A stretch of DNA of 64,000 bases from Fidelibacterota bacterium. GTDB lineage: Bacteria > Fidelibacterota > Fidelibacteria > Fidelibacterales > DSDE01. A program made the position numbers and the translations under genes. The notes beneath the pieces were generated by a model that did no database searches, was not told the DNA's origin, and worked only from the letters and a program-made list of their open reading frames with translations. The DNA lies in contig JBJKQR010000078.1 of NCBI GenBank assembly GCA_046735395.1, positions 19,726-83,725 on the forward strand. Reading direction: 5' to 3'. Positions 9,397 to 18,712 of the stretch are shown here, piece after piece (positions within the stretch are counted from its first letter, which is position 1; each line of letters starts with the position of its first letter).

Positions 9397-10953
9397 ATGA
9401 ATATTCTGCTTCTTCAGGCACCGGTCCGGGATTTCTATACGACCCGGGAACGGCATTATCCGCTGGGGCTTCTCACCCTGGCTGCTGCAGTGAAGGATCT
9501 GCCCGTATCCGTGAAGATTCTGGATTTTCTCCACGACTCTCACCGGGAAATGCGGCCCCTGCCGACAGCATTCAAAGCGCTGGCTCCGCTGTTGACTTAC
9601 GATAAGGGGCCCTTGAAAAGTTTTCATAATTATTTTCGCTTCGGGGCTTCCGACAAGGATATGCGCCGTGAGCTCTCTGCGGAGAAGGCGGATCTGATCG
9701 GGATTTCGGCAAATTTCTATACCTATATTCCCGACGTGCTGGACCTGGTCCGGCTCGTGAGGGAAATTCATCCGCATGTCTGCATTGTGGTGGGTGGACA
9801 GGCTGTTACGCCCTTTCATAATCTGTTCAGCGGCAATCCGGATATTGATGTGCTGGTGGAAGGAGAGGGCGAAGCGCCCTTTCGGGATATAGTGCAGGAG
9901 ATGCTGAAAACAGGAGCGCCGCATCGGTCGGATTCGAAACCCATACGGATGACGGCAGAAACTGAAAGTCCGCAGGACCGGCCCTTTCTGCTGCCGGAGT
10001 CGCGGCTGCTTCCGCCGGATGCCTATCAGGTCGCGGGCCGGAATACGATCATGATGACTCTCACCCGGGGCTGTCCCATGCCCTGCAGCTTCTGCACGAT
10101 TCGGAAAACCTTCGGCCGTGTGCAGAGGAGGCTGCCGGTGCCGGAAGTGCTGGCCTTTATGGACCGGGAAGTGAAGCGGGGGATCACAGCCTTTGATATC
10201 GAAGATGATAATTTTACCTTCAACCGGAACTATGCTCACGAGTTTCTGGATGCTGTCCTGAACGGCTTTGGTGAAAAAAACCTGGACCTGTATGCGATGA
10301 ATGGGATGGATGCCGCCACCCTCGATGCCGCGCTTCTGGTAAAAATGCAGCGTGCCGGGTTCAGAATGCTGAATCTGTCCATCGCCCTGAAAAGCGCTTC
10401 ATCCTATCCTGAACTGCGGCGGCAGGCAGACAGTGACCATTTTGCCAGGATCTGTGATGAGGCCGGCCGGCTCGGCATGAAGACGGTGGCTTATTTTATC
10501 GCCGGGCTGCCGGATACGCATGCGGACGATGTGCTGCAGAGTATGCGATTTCTGGCCGAACTTCCGGTCATTCTCGGCATTTCACCCTTTTACTACATTC
10601 CCGGGATGGATCTGCAGCCGTCTCTCCGTCCCTCTGTTCCGGAGGAGGCCCGTCTCAGTCGCTTTTTTCCCTCCGATCCGAGCTGGAGTGAAGCCTCGCT
10701 GATCACGCTGTTTCGTCTCAGCCGGCTGGTCAATGCCCTGAAACGGGAGCTGGAAATCCGAAATACGGATCAGCTGCCCTGGGCTGAGTTTCCGGGGTTT
10801 ATAGGCCGGGACAGCCTGCTCGGGCGTATGATAGCGGAAAAAATCCTGCTGGGCATTGATTCGTCAGGAAAGACATTTGTTTATACTTCTTATGAACCGA
10901 CCCTCAGCGCGTTCTTCACAAGCATGGAAACAGCGCTTATCTCTAAAGGGTAG
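9397..10953 (+). CDS. Cobalamin-binding radical SAM protein
   Basis: N-terminal YPLGL...IVVGG...GEGE B12-binding domain; TRGCPMPCSFC (CxxxCxxC); DDNF. Confidence 0.9.
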   Translation: MNILLLQAPVRDFYTTRERHYPLGLLTLAAAVKDLPVSVKILDFLHDSHREMRPLPTAFKALAPLLTYDKGPLKSFHNYFRFGASDKDMRRELSAEKADLIGISANFYTYIPDVLDLVRLVREIHPHVCIVVGGQAVTPFHNLFSGNPDIDVLVEGEGEAPFRDIVQEMLKTGAPHRSDSKPIRMTAETESPQDRPFLLPESRLLPPDAYQVAGRNTIMMTLTRGCPMPCSFCTIRKTFGRVQRRLPVPEVLAFMDREVKRGITAFDIEDDNFTFNRNYAHEFLDAVLNGFGEKNLDLYAMNGMDAATLDAALLVKMQRAGFRMLNLSIALKSASSYPELRRQADSDHFARICDEAGRLGMKTVAYFIAGLPDTHADDVLQSMRFLAELPVILGISPFYYIPGMDLQPSLRPSVPEEARLSRFFPSDPSWSEASLITLFRLSRLVNALKRELEIRNTDQLPWAEFPGFIGRDSLLGRMIAEKILLGIDSSGKTFVYTSYEPTLSAFFTSMETALISKG

Positions 10954-10979
10954 CATAGTTCATTATTTTATTCTATATT

Positions 10980-10996
10980 CTAGACAGACTAGACAG
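10980..10996 (+). promoter_or_regulatory. Putative TA autorepression operator (CTAGACAG direct repeat)
   Basis: CTAGACAG-A-CTAGACAG lies immediately upstream of the antitoxin GGAGG RBS. Confidence 0.5.
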
Positions 10997-11007
10997 TTGG
11001 AGGACGG

Positions 11008-11268
11008 ATGAAAAGTCTACCCAAGTTTTGGCAGCTTCAGGAGGCGAAAAATAAATTCAGTCAGGTGGTTGATATGGCTGAGAATTACGGGCCGCAAATC
11101 GTGACCAAACACGGCCGGGAAAGCGTGGTCGTTTTGTCTGTAAAAGCATATCGAAAACTGCTGAAGCCGAAGCAGGATATTGCAAAATTCTTTCAGGAGT
11201 CTCCGCTGAAGGAATTGAATATTGAGATGGAACGGATACACGAACAACCGAGACGTATTGAATTGTGA
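11008..11268 (+). CDS. Phd/YefM-family antitoxin
   Basis: WQLQEAKNKFSQVV...GPQIVTKHG signature; GTGA overlap with the PIN toxin. Confidence 0.93.
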   Translation: MKSLPKFWQLQEAKNKFSQVVDMAENYGPQIVTKHGRESVVVLSVKAYRKLLKPKQDIAKFFQESPLKELNIEMERIHEQPRRIEL

Positions 11269-11684
11269 AATATTTACTCGATACCTGCGTCATTTCCGAA
11301 CTGACAAAAGCGTTTCCTTCCGAGAGAGTGGTCAAGTGGATCTCTGAGCTATCCGAAGAGGATCTTTTTCTGAGTGTATTTACGATTGGTGAAATTACGA
11401 AGGGTATCGGAAAACTGCCTCCGGGTCGTCGTCGAAACCTGTTGTCAGATTGGGTAAATAAAGAATTGTCAGACAGATTTGAAAACCGAGTTTTAGACTT
11501 TACATCTGAAATTTCTCAGGTATGGGGGAAAATACAGGCAGAAGCTGAACTGAAGGGAAAAACCTTATCCCTGATTGACGGGTTAATTGCTTCAATTGCA
11601 ATTTTTCACGGGATGGTTCTTGTAACGAGAAATATCACAGATTTTGAACAGAGCGGTGTCGAAATCATGAATCCCTGGGAATAA
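11265..11684 (+). CDS. vapC: VapC/PIN-domain toxin
   Basis: YLLDTCVISE, GEI..G, DGLIASIA, LVTRN..DF and NPW motifs. Confidence 0.93.
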   Translation: MKYLLDTCVISELTKAFPSERVVKWISELSEEDLFLSVFTIGEITKGIGKLPPGRRRNLLSDWVNKELSDRFENRVLDFTSEISQVWGKIQAEAELKGKTLSLIDGLIASIAIFHGMVLVTRNITDFEQSGVEIMNPWE

Positions 11685-11817
11685 TCTACAGCGAAATTAA
11701 CGCTATGTCGGAACGAATAGCTAAATACCTGAAATAGTTTATTCAATTATCAACACACAGAAAGAAAATTTTTCCGAATTACTCAGGGTATGGGCCTTTC
11801 TCTCACCGAAACAAACC

Positions 11818-11866
11818 AGCGCAAATTCCCGCTTGATTAAATCTGTGATTACCGCTAATTTGCGCT
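11818..11866 (+). promoter_or_regulatory. Putative sigma70 promoter of the BMC-P/ACT/DUF711 operon, bracketed by a 10-bp inverted repeat
   Basis: TTGATT-17nt-TAATTT. AGCGCAAATT (11818-11827) and AATTTGCGCT (11857-11866) form a perfect inverted repeat. Confidence 0.45.
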
Positions 11867-11890
11867 TCAAAACCATAAGGAGCACAGGCT

Positions 11891-12193
11891 GTGTTTTTAG
11901 GAAAAGTCGTGGGAACCGTCTGGGCAACGAAGAAAGTGTCCACGGTGGACAACCTTCGCTTTCTGGTTGTTCATCCGCTCAATATCGACAAGGAGCCCAA
12001 TACCAATGTGGTGGTGGTGGCCGATACGCTGGGCGCGGGTGTGGGGGAGACCGTCATGTGTGCCTACGGGCACGCCGCCCGTCAGGCCATAAAAACCGTA
12101 AATCCTGCGTCGCTGAGTATTGAAGCTGCCGTTATCGGAATTGTGGACCGGATTGATATCCGGAAAACGCCCGAATCCGAAACGAAAAAATAA
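11891..12193 (+). CDS. Bacterial microcompartment vertex protein (BMC-P, EutN/CcmL family)
   Basis: MFLGKVVGTVWATKK...VVADTLGAGVGETV...GHAAR...AAVIGIVD; GTG start after an AAGGAG RBS. Confidence 0.93.
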   Translation: MFLGKVVGTVWATKKVSTVDNLRFLVVHPLNIDKEPNTNVVVVADTLGAGVGETVMCAYGHAARQAIKTVNPASLSIEAAVIGIVDRIDIRKTPESETKK

Positions 12194-12217
12194 CAGACTA
12201 AAATAAAAGGTGATTTC

Positions 12218-12673
12218 ATGGCAAATCCCGATGAAAAACTGATCAGGGAAATCGTTTCCATCATTAATGAAAGACAGGGCGGAAACGTCAGCCGGGACGA
12301 GATGGTTACGATCGTGGCCACTGTCATCGATCAGCTCAACGGTAAAAAGGCGCCCCGCGACTATGGACATTTTACACCGTCCGATTCGGACAGCCAGTCG
12401 TCATCACGCTTCATTGTCTCCGTTTTTGGTGCGAACCGCCCCGGAATGGTGCATGGTATCACAGCGATCCTGGCCGAAATGAACTGCGATATTCTGGATA
12501 TATCCCAGAAATTCGTGGAAAATCTCTTTTATATGATCCTGGTGGTGGATGGCGCACCCTCGCCGCATGATTTTCTGGAAATAAAAAACCGTCTTGTCCA
12601 GCGCGGGGAGGAAATGACCGCCAAGGTCTATGTCCAGAATGAAGATGTATTCAGATATGTTAACCGACTGTGA
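12218..12673 (+). CDS. ACT-domain protein (UPF0237-like) with an N-terminal extension of about 60 aa
   Basis: C-terminal FIVSVFGANRPGMV...ILDISQ...QNEDVFRYVNRL matches the ACT partner of DUF711. The extension has two amphipathic helices and an S/D/P linker. Confidence 0.85.
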   Translation: MANPDEKLIREIVSIINERQGGNVSRDEMVTIVATVIDQLNGKKAPRDYGHFTPSDSDSQSSSRFIVSVFGANRPGMVHGITAILAEMNCDILDISQKFVENLFYMILVVDGAPSPHDFLEIKNRLVQRGEEMTAKVYVQNEDVFRYVNRL

Positions 12674-14043
12674 GGACTGATATGCCCTGGAGTTCCGAAG
12701 AAATACTGGAAACGCTGCGGATGACGGAGGTGGAGCACCTCGATATCCGGACGACGACAATGGGTATCAGTCTCCGAGGCTGTGCCGCCGATTCGCTGAA
12801 AGATACGCTGGCCAATACCTACGAACGGATCGTCCGTAACGCGGAAAAACTCATTCCCTCGGCAACGCGAGTGGAGAATGAACTGGGAATCCGCATCGCT
12901 AACAAACGGATTTCCATCACACCGGCTGCCATCGCCTTTGAAAAATTCGGAACAGAGGAAATGATCCGCATCGGTGAGACGCTGGATGCGGCCGCGGATG
13001 CGGTGGGCGTGGACTTTATCGCCGGCTTTTCGGCTCTGGTTCAGAAAAGCGCCACCACCGGCGACCGGAATCTGATCGAAGCCATTCCTCACGCACTCAG
13101 CCGGACCAAGCATCTCTGCTCATCCGTAAATCTGGCCAGTACCAAAGCCGGAATGAATATGAACATGATCCTGAGGATGGGACATATTATCAAAAAAACG
13201 GCGGAACTTACCGCCGACCAGCATGGCCTGGGCTGCGCCAAACTGGTTGTCTTTGCCAATGCGGTGGATGATAATCCCTTTGTAGCCGGAGCCTTTCACG
13301 GCGTGAGCGAGGGGGATGTGGTGCTTAATGTGGGTATCAGCGGCCCCGGAGTGGTTCTGGATATGGTGCGCCAGCATCCGGATGTGTCCTTTAATGAATT
13401 GTATGACATTATCAAGAAAACATCCTTCCGCATCACACGTACCGGGGAACTCATCGGTTCGCGGGTTGCCAGCCTGCTGGGCGTGGACTTCGGCATCGTG
13501 GATCTGTCCCTGGCGCCCACGCCGGAGCCCGGAGATTCTGTGGGTGATATATTTATTGCCATGGGGCTGGCCGATGTGGGAGCCCATGGAACCACTGCGG
13601 CGCTGGCCATGCTCAATGACGCCGTGAAAAAGGGCGGAATGATGGCGGCACGCAATCCCGGCGGCCTGTCCGGAGCGTTTATTCCCGTGTCGGAAGACCA
13701 GGCCATGATCCGTGCCGTAAAAAACGGAAATCTCACCCTCGACAAGCTGGAGGCCATGACTTCCGTCTGCTCGGTGGGCCTGGATATGGTGGCCGTGCCC
13801 GGGGATATTTCCGAAGAGATTCTGTCTGCGATCATCGCGGATGAGTGTGCCATCGGCATGGTCAATAACAAAACGACGGCTGTCCGTATCATCCCGGTTC
13901 CGGGAAAAGTCGTGGGCGATATGGTGGATTACGGCGGCCTGCTCGGGTCTGCCCCCATCATGCCCTACCACAATCTTTCGGTTTCACCCTTTATCCGTCG
14001 GGGAGGACGTATCCCGCCGCCGGCCCACAGTCTGAAAAATTGA
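12670..14043 (+). CDS. DUF711/UPF0210 ('PFL-family') protein
   Basis: HLDIRTTTMGISL, DNPFVAGAFHG, DLSLAPTP, GGLSGAFIPVSED, LEAMTSVCSVGLDM and GGRIP motifs. Confidence 0.92.
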   Translation: MRTDMPWSSEEILETLRMTEVEHLDIRTTTMGISLRGCAADSLKDTLANTYERIVRNAEKLIPSATRVENELGIRIANKRISITPAAIAFEKFGTEEMIRIGETLDAAADAVGVDFIAGFSALVQKSATTGDRNLIEAIPHALSRTKHLCSSVNLASTKAGMNMNMILRMGHIIKKTAELTADQHGLGCAKLVVFANAVDDNPFVAGAFHGVSEGDVVLNVGISGPGVVLDMVRQHPDVSFNELYDIIKKTSFRITRTGELIGSRVASLLGVDFGIVDLSLAPTPEPGDSVGDIFIAMGLADVGAHGTTAALAMLNDAVKKGGMMAARNPGGLSGAFIPVSEDQAMIRAVKNGNLTLDKLEAMTSVCSVGLDMVAVPGDISEEILSAIIADECAIGMVNNKTTAVRIIPVPGKVVGDMVDYGGLLGSAPIMPYHNLSVSPFIRRGGRIPPPAHSLKN

Positions 14044-14168
14044 TCTTTTGTTACGATTCATATTTTGAAATATTTGTAAATATGCAGGGCACAGGAAAGG
14101 GTGCAGACGCAGCTTCTGACAGGACTCCGGGTATTGCCGGTGTATGAGTCGCGGCTGTGAGGCTCAAC

Positions 14169-14197
14169 TTGACTTTAGTTTCTGTTTAATCTAAATT
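14169..14197 (+). promoter_or_regulatory. Putative sigma70 promoter of tig-clpP-clpX
   Basis: TTGACT-17nt-TAAATT. Confidence 0.6.
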
Positions 14198-14223
14198 TGC
14201 AGGCTAAAAACAAGGAGCGCAGA

Positions 14224-15492
14224 TTGAAAACCGAAGTAAAGAACATTGATAAAACCAGACAGGAAATACAGGTCGTCATTGACTGGAGCGATATAGCCGG
14301 AGATTTTTCCGAATTTCTGAAAAAATTTGCCCGGGATGTACAGATTCCCGGATTCCGCAAAGGAAAGGTCCCCGTCTCCAGAGTGGAAAAAATGTATGGA
14401 CGGAAACTTGAGCTGGAATTTTTTAATGATAAATTTTACGAATTTTACGGGAACGCCATTCGTGAGACGAAGGCGAAGCCGGTGAGCGATCCCTCCATCA
14501 GCAAGCTGGATATGAAGCGCGACGAAAAAATTGATTTTACGGTGGAATTCGATATTATTCCGGACTGGAACATGCCGGCTCTGGATAGCTCCATCGTCGT
14601 GGAGTCTGATAAATTTGTCGTGGACGATAAAAATATTGATGAATACCTTGAAGGCCTGAGAAAACAGCATGCGGAAGTTCAGCCTGCTGAGGCCGCGGAG
14701 ATGGGTTCTCATCTCACTGCAAAAATTGAGGAACTGGATGATGCCGGTGAAGCGCTGCCGGATCGGACCATACCCGAGGGCCGTATCGTACTGGGTGAAG
14801 CGCCCATTGATGGTGACAACGCCGAAGCTCTGGTGGGTATCAGCTGTGGCGAATCCCGGGAAATCACCCTCACGGATGTATCCGATGAAGGAAATAAACG
14901 GCATTACAAAATTACGCCGTCCGTCATTGAACGCCATATTCTGCCGGAACTGAATGACGAACTGGTTCAGACCGTCGATGCGGATATGGAATCTCTGGAA
15001 CAGTACCGGGAAAAAGTCCGCAGCGATATGCAGGATTACTGGAATACGGAATCCGATAAAGCGCTGCAGATGGCCATAATTGAAAAACTGGTCGGACTGG
15101 TCCCCGATCTATCCGTGCCGGAATCCATGGTGAATTCCTACCTGGATGATCTTCGGGCCGACAATGAAAAAGAGCAGAATACGCATATTGATGCGGAAAA
15201 ATACCGTGAGGCCAATTATCCGGAAGGTGAAAAACGTCTGAAGTGGCAGTTTATCGCCAACGAGATCAAGGAAGCAGCCGGGATCTCCGCCACCGAGGAC
15301 GATATCAATGCCCATGTGGAATCCATTGTTTCGAAGGTGGGGGAACAGAACCGGGATAATTTCCGCAATTACTATCTGCAGACACCTCATGTCCTGGACA
15401 ATATTCGCTATCAGGTTGAGAATGACAAGATTTTTGCCCATATTCGTGAACGGATTACGGTAAATTATAAAGAAAGCGGCATCAACGGATAG
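14224..15492 (+). CDS. tig: Trigger factor
   Basis: Ribosome-binding IPGFRKGKVP and LPELNDE motifs; upstream of clpPX. TTG start at 14224 follows AAGGAG (the ORF-track start 14197 falls in the -10 box). Confidence 0.93.
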   Translation: MKTEVKNIDKTRQEIQVVIDWSDIAGDFSEFLKKFARDVQIPGFRKGKVPVSRVEKMYGRKLELEFFNDKFYEFYGNAIRETKAKPVSDPSISKLDMKRDEKIDFTVEFDIIPDWNMPALDSSIVVESDKFVVDDKNIDEYLEGLRKQHAEVQPAEAAEMGSHLTAKIEELDDAGEALPDRTIPEGRIVLGEAPIDGDNAEALVGISCGESREITLTDVSDEGNKRHYKITPSVIERHILPELNDELVQTVDADMESLEQYREKVRSDMQDYWNTESDKALQMAIIEKLVGLVPDLSVPESMVNSYLDDLRADNEKEQNTHIDAEKYREANYPEGEKRLKWQFIANEIKEAAGISATEDDINAHVESIVSKVGEQNRDNFRNYYLQTPHVLDNIRYQVENDKIFAHIRERITVNYKESGING

Positions 15493-15513
15493 CAGCGGAA
15501 AGGGAATCTGACT

Positions 15514-16098
15514 ATGTATGTACCCATGGTGATTGAGCAGACAGGCCGGATGGAACGGGCCTATGATATCTATTCCCGTCTGCTCAAGGAACGGATCATT
15601 TTTCTGGGTTCGGCCATTGATGACAATGTGGCCTCCGTCGTTATCGCCCAGTTGCTTTTTCTGGAGGCGGATGACACGGAAAAGGATATCGCCCTCTATA
15701 TCAACAGTCCGGGAGGATCGGTGACCGCAGGCCTGGCCATCTATGATACGATGAATTATATCAAACCGGACATCTCCACGATCTGTATCGGACAGGCGGC
15801 CTCCATGGGCGCTTTTCTGCTGGCTGCCGGCGCGGAGAATAAACGTTTTGCTCTGCCTAATTCCCGCATCATGATCCATCAGCCGCTGGGCGGTGTGCAG
15901 GGACAGGCCAGTGATATTGAAATTCATGCCCGTGAAATTCTGGTCATCAAGGATAAGCTGAACCGGATCCTGGCCAAACGCACCGGGCAGAATCTGAAAA
16001 AAATTGAAAAGGATACGGATCGGAATTTCTTCCTGGACAGTCAGGAGGCTAAGGATTACGGCCTTATCGATCATATCCTGGAAAAAAGGAAATCATGA
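15514..16098 (+). CDS. clpP: ATP-dependent Clp protease proteolytic subunit
   Basis: [27 protein letters not shown] and IMIHQP motifs. Confidence 0.98.
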   Translation: MYVPMVIEQTGRMERAYDIYSRLLKERIIFLGSAIDDNVASVVIAQLLFLEADDTEKDIALYINSPGGSVTAGLAIYDTMNYIKPDISTICIGQAASMGAFLLAAGAENKRFALPNSRIMIHQPLGGVQGQASDIEIHAREILVIKDKLNRILAKRTGQNLKKIEKDTDRNFFLDSQEAKDYGLIDHILEKRKS

Positions 16099-17351
16099 GC
16101 ACGACAAAAAATAAAAGTTCCCGGACCTGTTCCTTCTGCGGTCGGCCTGAGCGGGAAGTGAATGCCATTGTTCAGGGTTACAGCGCCCTTATCTGTGATC
16201 AGTGCGCGCTGACTGCCATGGAAATCATGCAGGAGGACCTGAAGAAGGAATTCAATTCCAACCTGGGAAGCGTGCCGACGCCCAAGGAAATCAAGTCGGA
16301 ACTGGATGAATATGTCATCGGCCAGGATATGGCGAAAAAAGTCATGTCGGTTGCCGTCTATAATCATTACCGCCGCATTTCAAATATGGACAAATCGGAA
16401 GATGATGTAGACTTAGAAAAATCCAATATTCTGTTCATCGGGCCGACAGGAACCGGCAAAACCCTGCTGGCACAGACGCTCGCACGCCTTCTGCAGGTTC
16501 CCTTTGCCATCGCCGATGCCACCGTTCTCACCGAGGCCGGATATGTGGGTGAGGATGTGGAAAATATCCTGGTCCGTCTGCTGCAGTCTGCGGATTATAA
16601 TGTGGAAGCCGCCGAACGGGGCATTATTTATATTGATGAGATTGACAAAATCTCCCGCAAGTCCGGAAATCCGTCCATCACCCGCGATGTGAGCGGCGAG
16701 GGAGTGCAGCAGGCCATTCTGAAAATTCTGGAAGGTACTGTCTCTGCGGTTCCGCCCAAGGGCGGGCGGAAACATCCCGAAGCCAATATGGTTCACATCA
16801 ATACCCGAAATATTCTCTTCATCGTCGGCGGGGCCTTCGAAGGCATCGAGGAAATCATTGCCCGCCGTATCGGGAAAAAGGAAATCGGTTTCGGTGAAAA
16901 GCTACAGAACAGCCGCAAACTCAGCAAGGATGAAATCTTTTCACAGGTTCAGCCTGAGGATCTGCTGCAGTACGGATTCATACCCGAACTCATCGGCCGT
17001 CTGCCTGTGATCACCACGCTGAAGGAACTGGATGAGGCGGCCATGCTGTCCATCCTGACCGATCCGAAGAATGCGCTGGTTAAACAGTATATTAAAATTC
17101 TGAAGTTAGAAAATATAGAGCTGGAATTTGAAGAGGAGACGCTGAAGGCTGTGGTAAAGCTGGCCCTGAAGCGGAAGACCGGCGCCCGCGGGCTGCGCTC
17201 CATCATGGAATCCGTGATGCTGGATGTCATGTACACGGTGCCCGGAATCCGCAACTGCAGTAAAATCATTATCACGCCGAAGTCTCTTGAAGATCCCGCA
17301 GCCTATGTCATGATCCGCAGCGGGAAGGAAAAGGATAAAAAAGCGTCCTGA
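16095..17351 (+). CDS. clpX: ATP-dependent Clp protease ATPase subunit
   Basis: CSFC...CDQC Zn domain, [25 protein letters not shown] and the IGF loop. Confidence 0.98.
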   Translation: MSTTKNKSSRTCSFCGRPEREVNAIVQGYSALICDQCALTAMEIMQEDLKKEFNSNLGSVPTPKEIKSELDEYVIGQDMAKKVMSVAVYNHYRRISNMDKSEDDVDLEKSNILFIGPTGTGKTLLAQTLARLLQVPFAIADATVLTEAGYVGEDVENILVRLLQSADYNVEAAERGIIYIDEIDKISRKSGNPSITRDVSGEGVQQAILKILEGTVSAVPPKGGRKHPEANMVHINTRNILFIVGGAFEGIEEIIARRIGKKEIGFGEKLQNSRKLSKDEIFSQVQPEDLLQYGFIPELIGRLPVITTLKELDEAAMLSILTDPKNALVKQYIKILKLENIELEFEEETLKAVVKLALKRKTGARGLRSIMESVMLDVMYTVPGIRNCSKIIITPKSLEDPAAYVMIRSGKEKDKKAS

Positions 17352-17356
17352 TCCGT

Positions 17357-18712
17357 TCAGTCCGTTAGCATGGACTCCCAGTCCTCGTTGTGAATTTCTC
17401 CGTTTTTTGTGCTGTGTATCAGTTCGAAATTATTTAATTGCTGCAGGTCGGCAAATATAAATTTTACACCGCCTTCGAGTTTATCATAGTACCATATTTC
17501 ATGGGGTTTTCCTTCGGATGTACTGCTGTAGTACTGTATATCACTGGGAAAACCATATTTAATCAGGGTACGGCCGCGATCTGAAATGGAGCCGGTCTGG
17601 AACATGGTTGTGAAGTGGCGGTTTGCATAGGCAATACGTTTTTCCATCATGTTCCGGTAAAGGAGTGCATTTGTTCCGGCCTCATTTGCTTTCTTTTCCC
17701 AGAAAATCGTCAGAAACTGTCGTTTACCGTCAACAGGGCTGCCCTTATATGTTCGGGAATCCTCCTTTGAAATGAGAACTGAAATATCCTTGAAGACAGA
17801 GTCGAGTTGTTCCTCCGTAAATCCGGAATATCCATCAGATATGATGTCCTTCGGGTTCAGGGTGCCGGCGTGGCCGGATACAAAGAATTTCTTTATTGAT
17901 TCTGCTTCCTGGCCGGATTCATCGGTTACTTTTACGACAAACTGATAGATCCCGTTGGTCAGGGTGCTGATGTCATACTCATTCAGGAAGACATCGCGGG
18001 CATTTTCGGAGGTTAAATCGGTTTTATCGAAGGTTGTGATGGGTTCACCATTGAGATTTGTAATACGTGGCGTTATGCTGTAATCAGCCTGACGGCCCTT
18101 TCCTTTAATATTATATATTTCAAGAAGCAGCTGAAGGTGATTGGGTGTTGTGTCAAATACATTATTAACTTTGGGAATCACATCGAGATTGCCGTACTTG
18201 CTGAAAATGCTGTGCCGGTTCTGCTCGTAGACAAAGGACAGAAATTCCTGGGAACTGAGAAGCAGATCATTTCCGCTCAAATCCGGGATAACCGTATTTA
18301 GTTCGCTTTTTCCGAGGATGACGTTCTTAGTATTGAACAGTGTCAGTTTTATCTGGTAGTCCCCGGGTTCGAGTGTGAGGTTAGCCTGGTAGGGCTTGAA
18401 TCTGCCGCTGTTCAGAAAATCGGGGTTTGCGCAGCTGTCGCTGAGATCATCATAATCCGTGAAGATATTCTGGCCGTCGTAATAAAGCTGTATCATCAGG
18501 CTGAAACGGCTTTTCCAGATATTGTTATCCTTTTCCCATGTCAGGTCTGCGCGGGGAATGAGCAGATATAATTCCAGCCTGCTCAGGCCGTCATCTGCTT
18601 TAAATACGGCATAATCACTATCGAATGGCTTGGCAGGTTGCACTGTCTGGCTGAAAAGGATTCCAGCAAGGCTAATTAGTAAAATTACTGTACTTATTCT
18701 TGTTTTACTCAT
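17357..18712 (-). CDS. GWxTD-domain exported protein
   Basis: Signal peptide from MSKTRIS (ATG 18712). C-terminal FW...RIAYANRHF...GSISDRGRTLIKYGFP...EIWYY...F.F.D. Confidence 0.82.
   Translation of the reverse strand: MSKTRISTVILLISLAGILFSQTVQPAKPFDSDYAVFKADDGLSRLELYLLIPRADLTWEKDNNIWKSRFSLMIQLYYDGQNIFTDYDDLSDSCANPDFLNSGRFKPYQANLTLEPGDYQIKLTLFNTKNVILGKSELNTVIPDLSGNDLLLSSQEFLSFVYEQNRHSIFSKYGNLDVIPKVNNVFDTTPNHLQLLLEIYNIKGKGRQADYSITPRITNLNGEPITTFDKTDLTSENARDVFLNEYDISTLTNGIYQFVVKVTDESGQEAESIKKFFVSGHAGTLNPKDIISDGYSGFTEEQLDSVFKDISVLISKEDSRTYKGSPVDGKRQFLTIFWEKKANEAGTNALLYRNMMEKRIAYANRHFTTMFQTGSISDRGRTLIKYGFPSDIQYYSSTSEGKPHEIWYYDKLEGGVKFIFADLQQLNNFELIHSTKNGEIHNEDWESMLTD

Noticed and set aside
8923..10239. 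438-aa minus-strand ORF (also 1990-3063, 13120-13971, 15109-16074, 51409-52398 and similar)
   Set aside because: Antisense shadows of well-supported genes with no recognisable motifs; expected from codon bias.
12670..14043. Glycyl-radical enzyme (GRM-type microcompartment)
   Set aside because: No C-terminal RVxG glycyl-radical motif and no adjacent activase; the nearby radical SAM is a B12-binding type.
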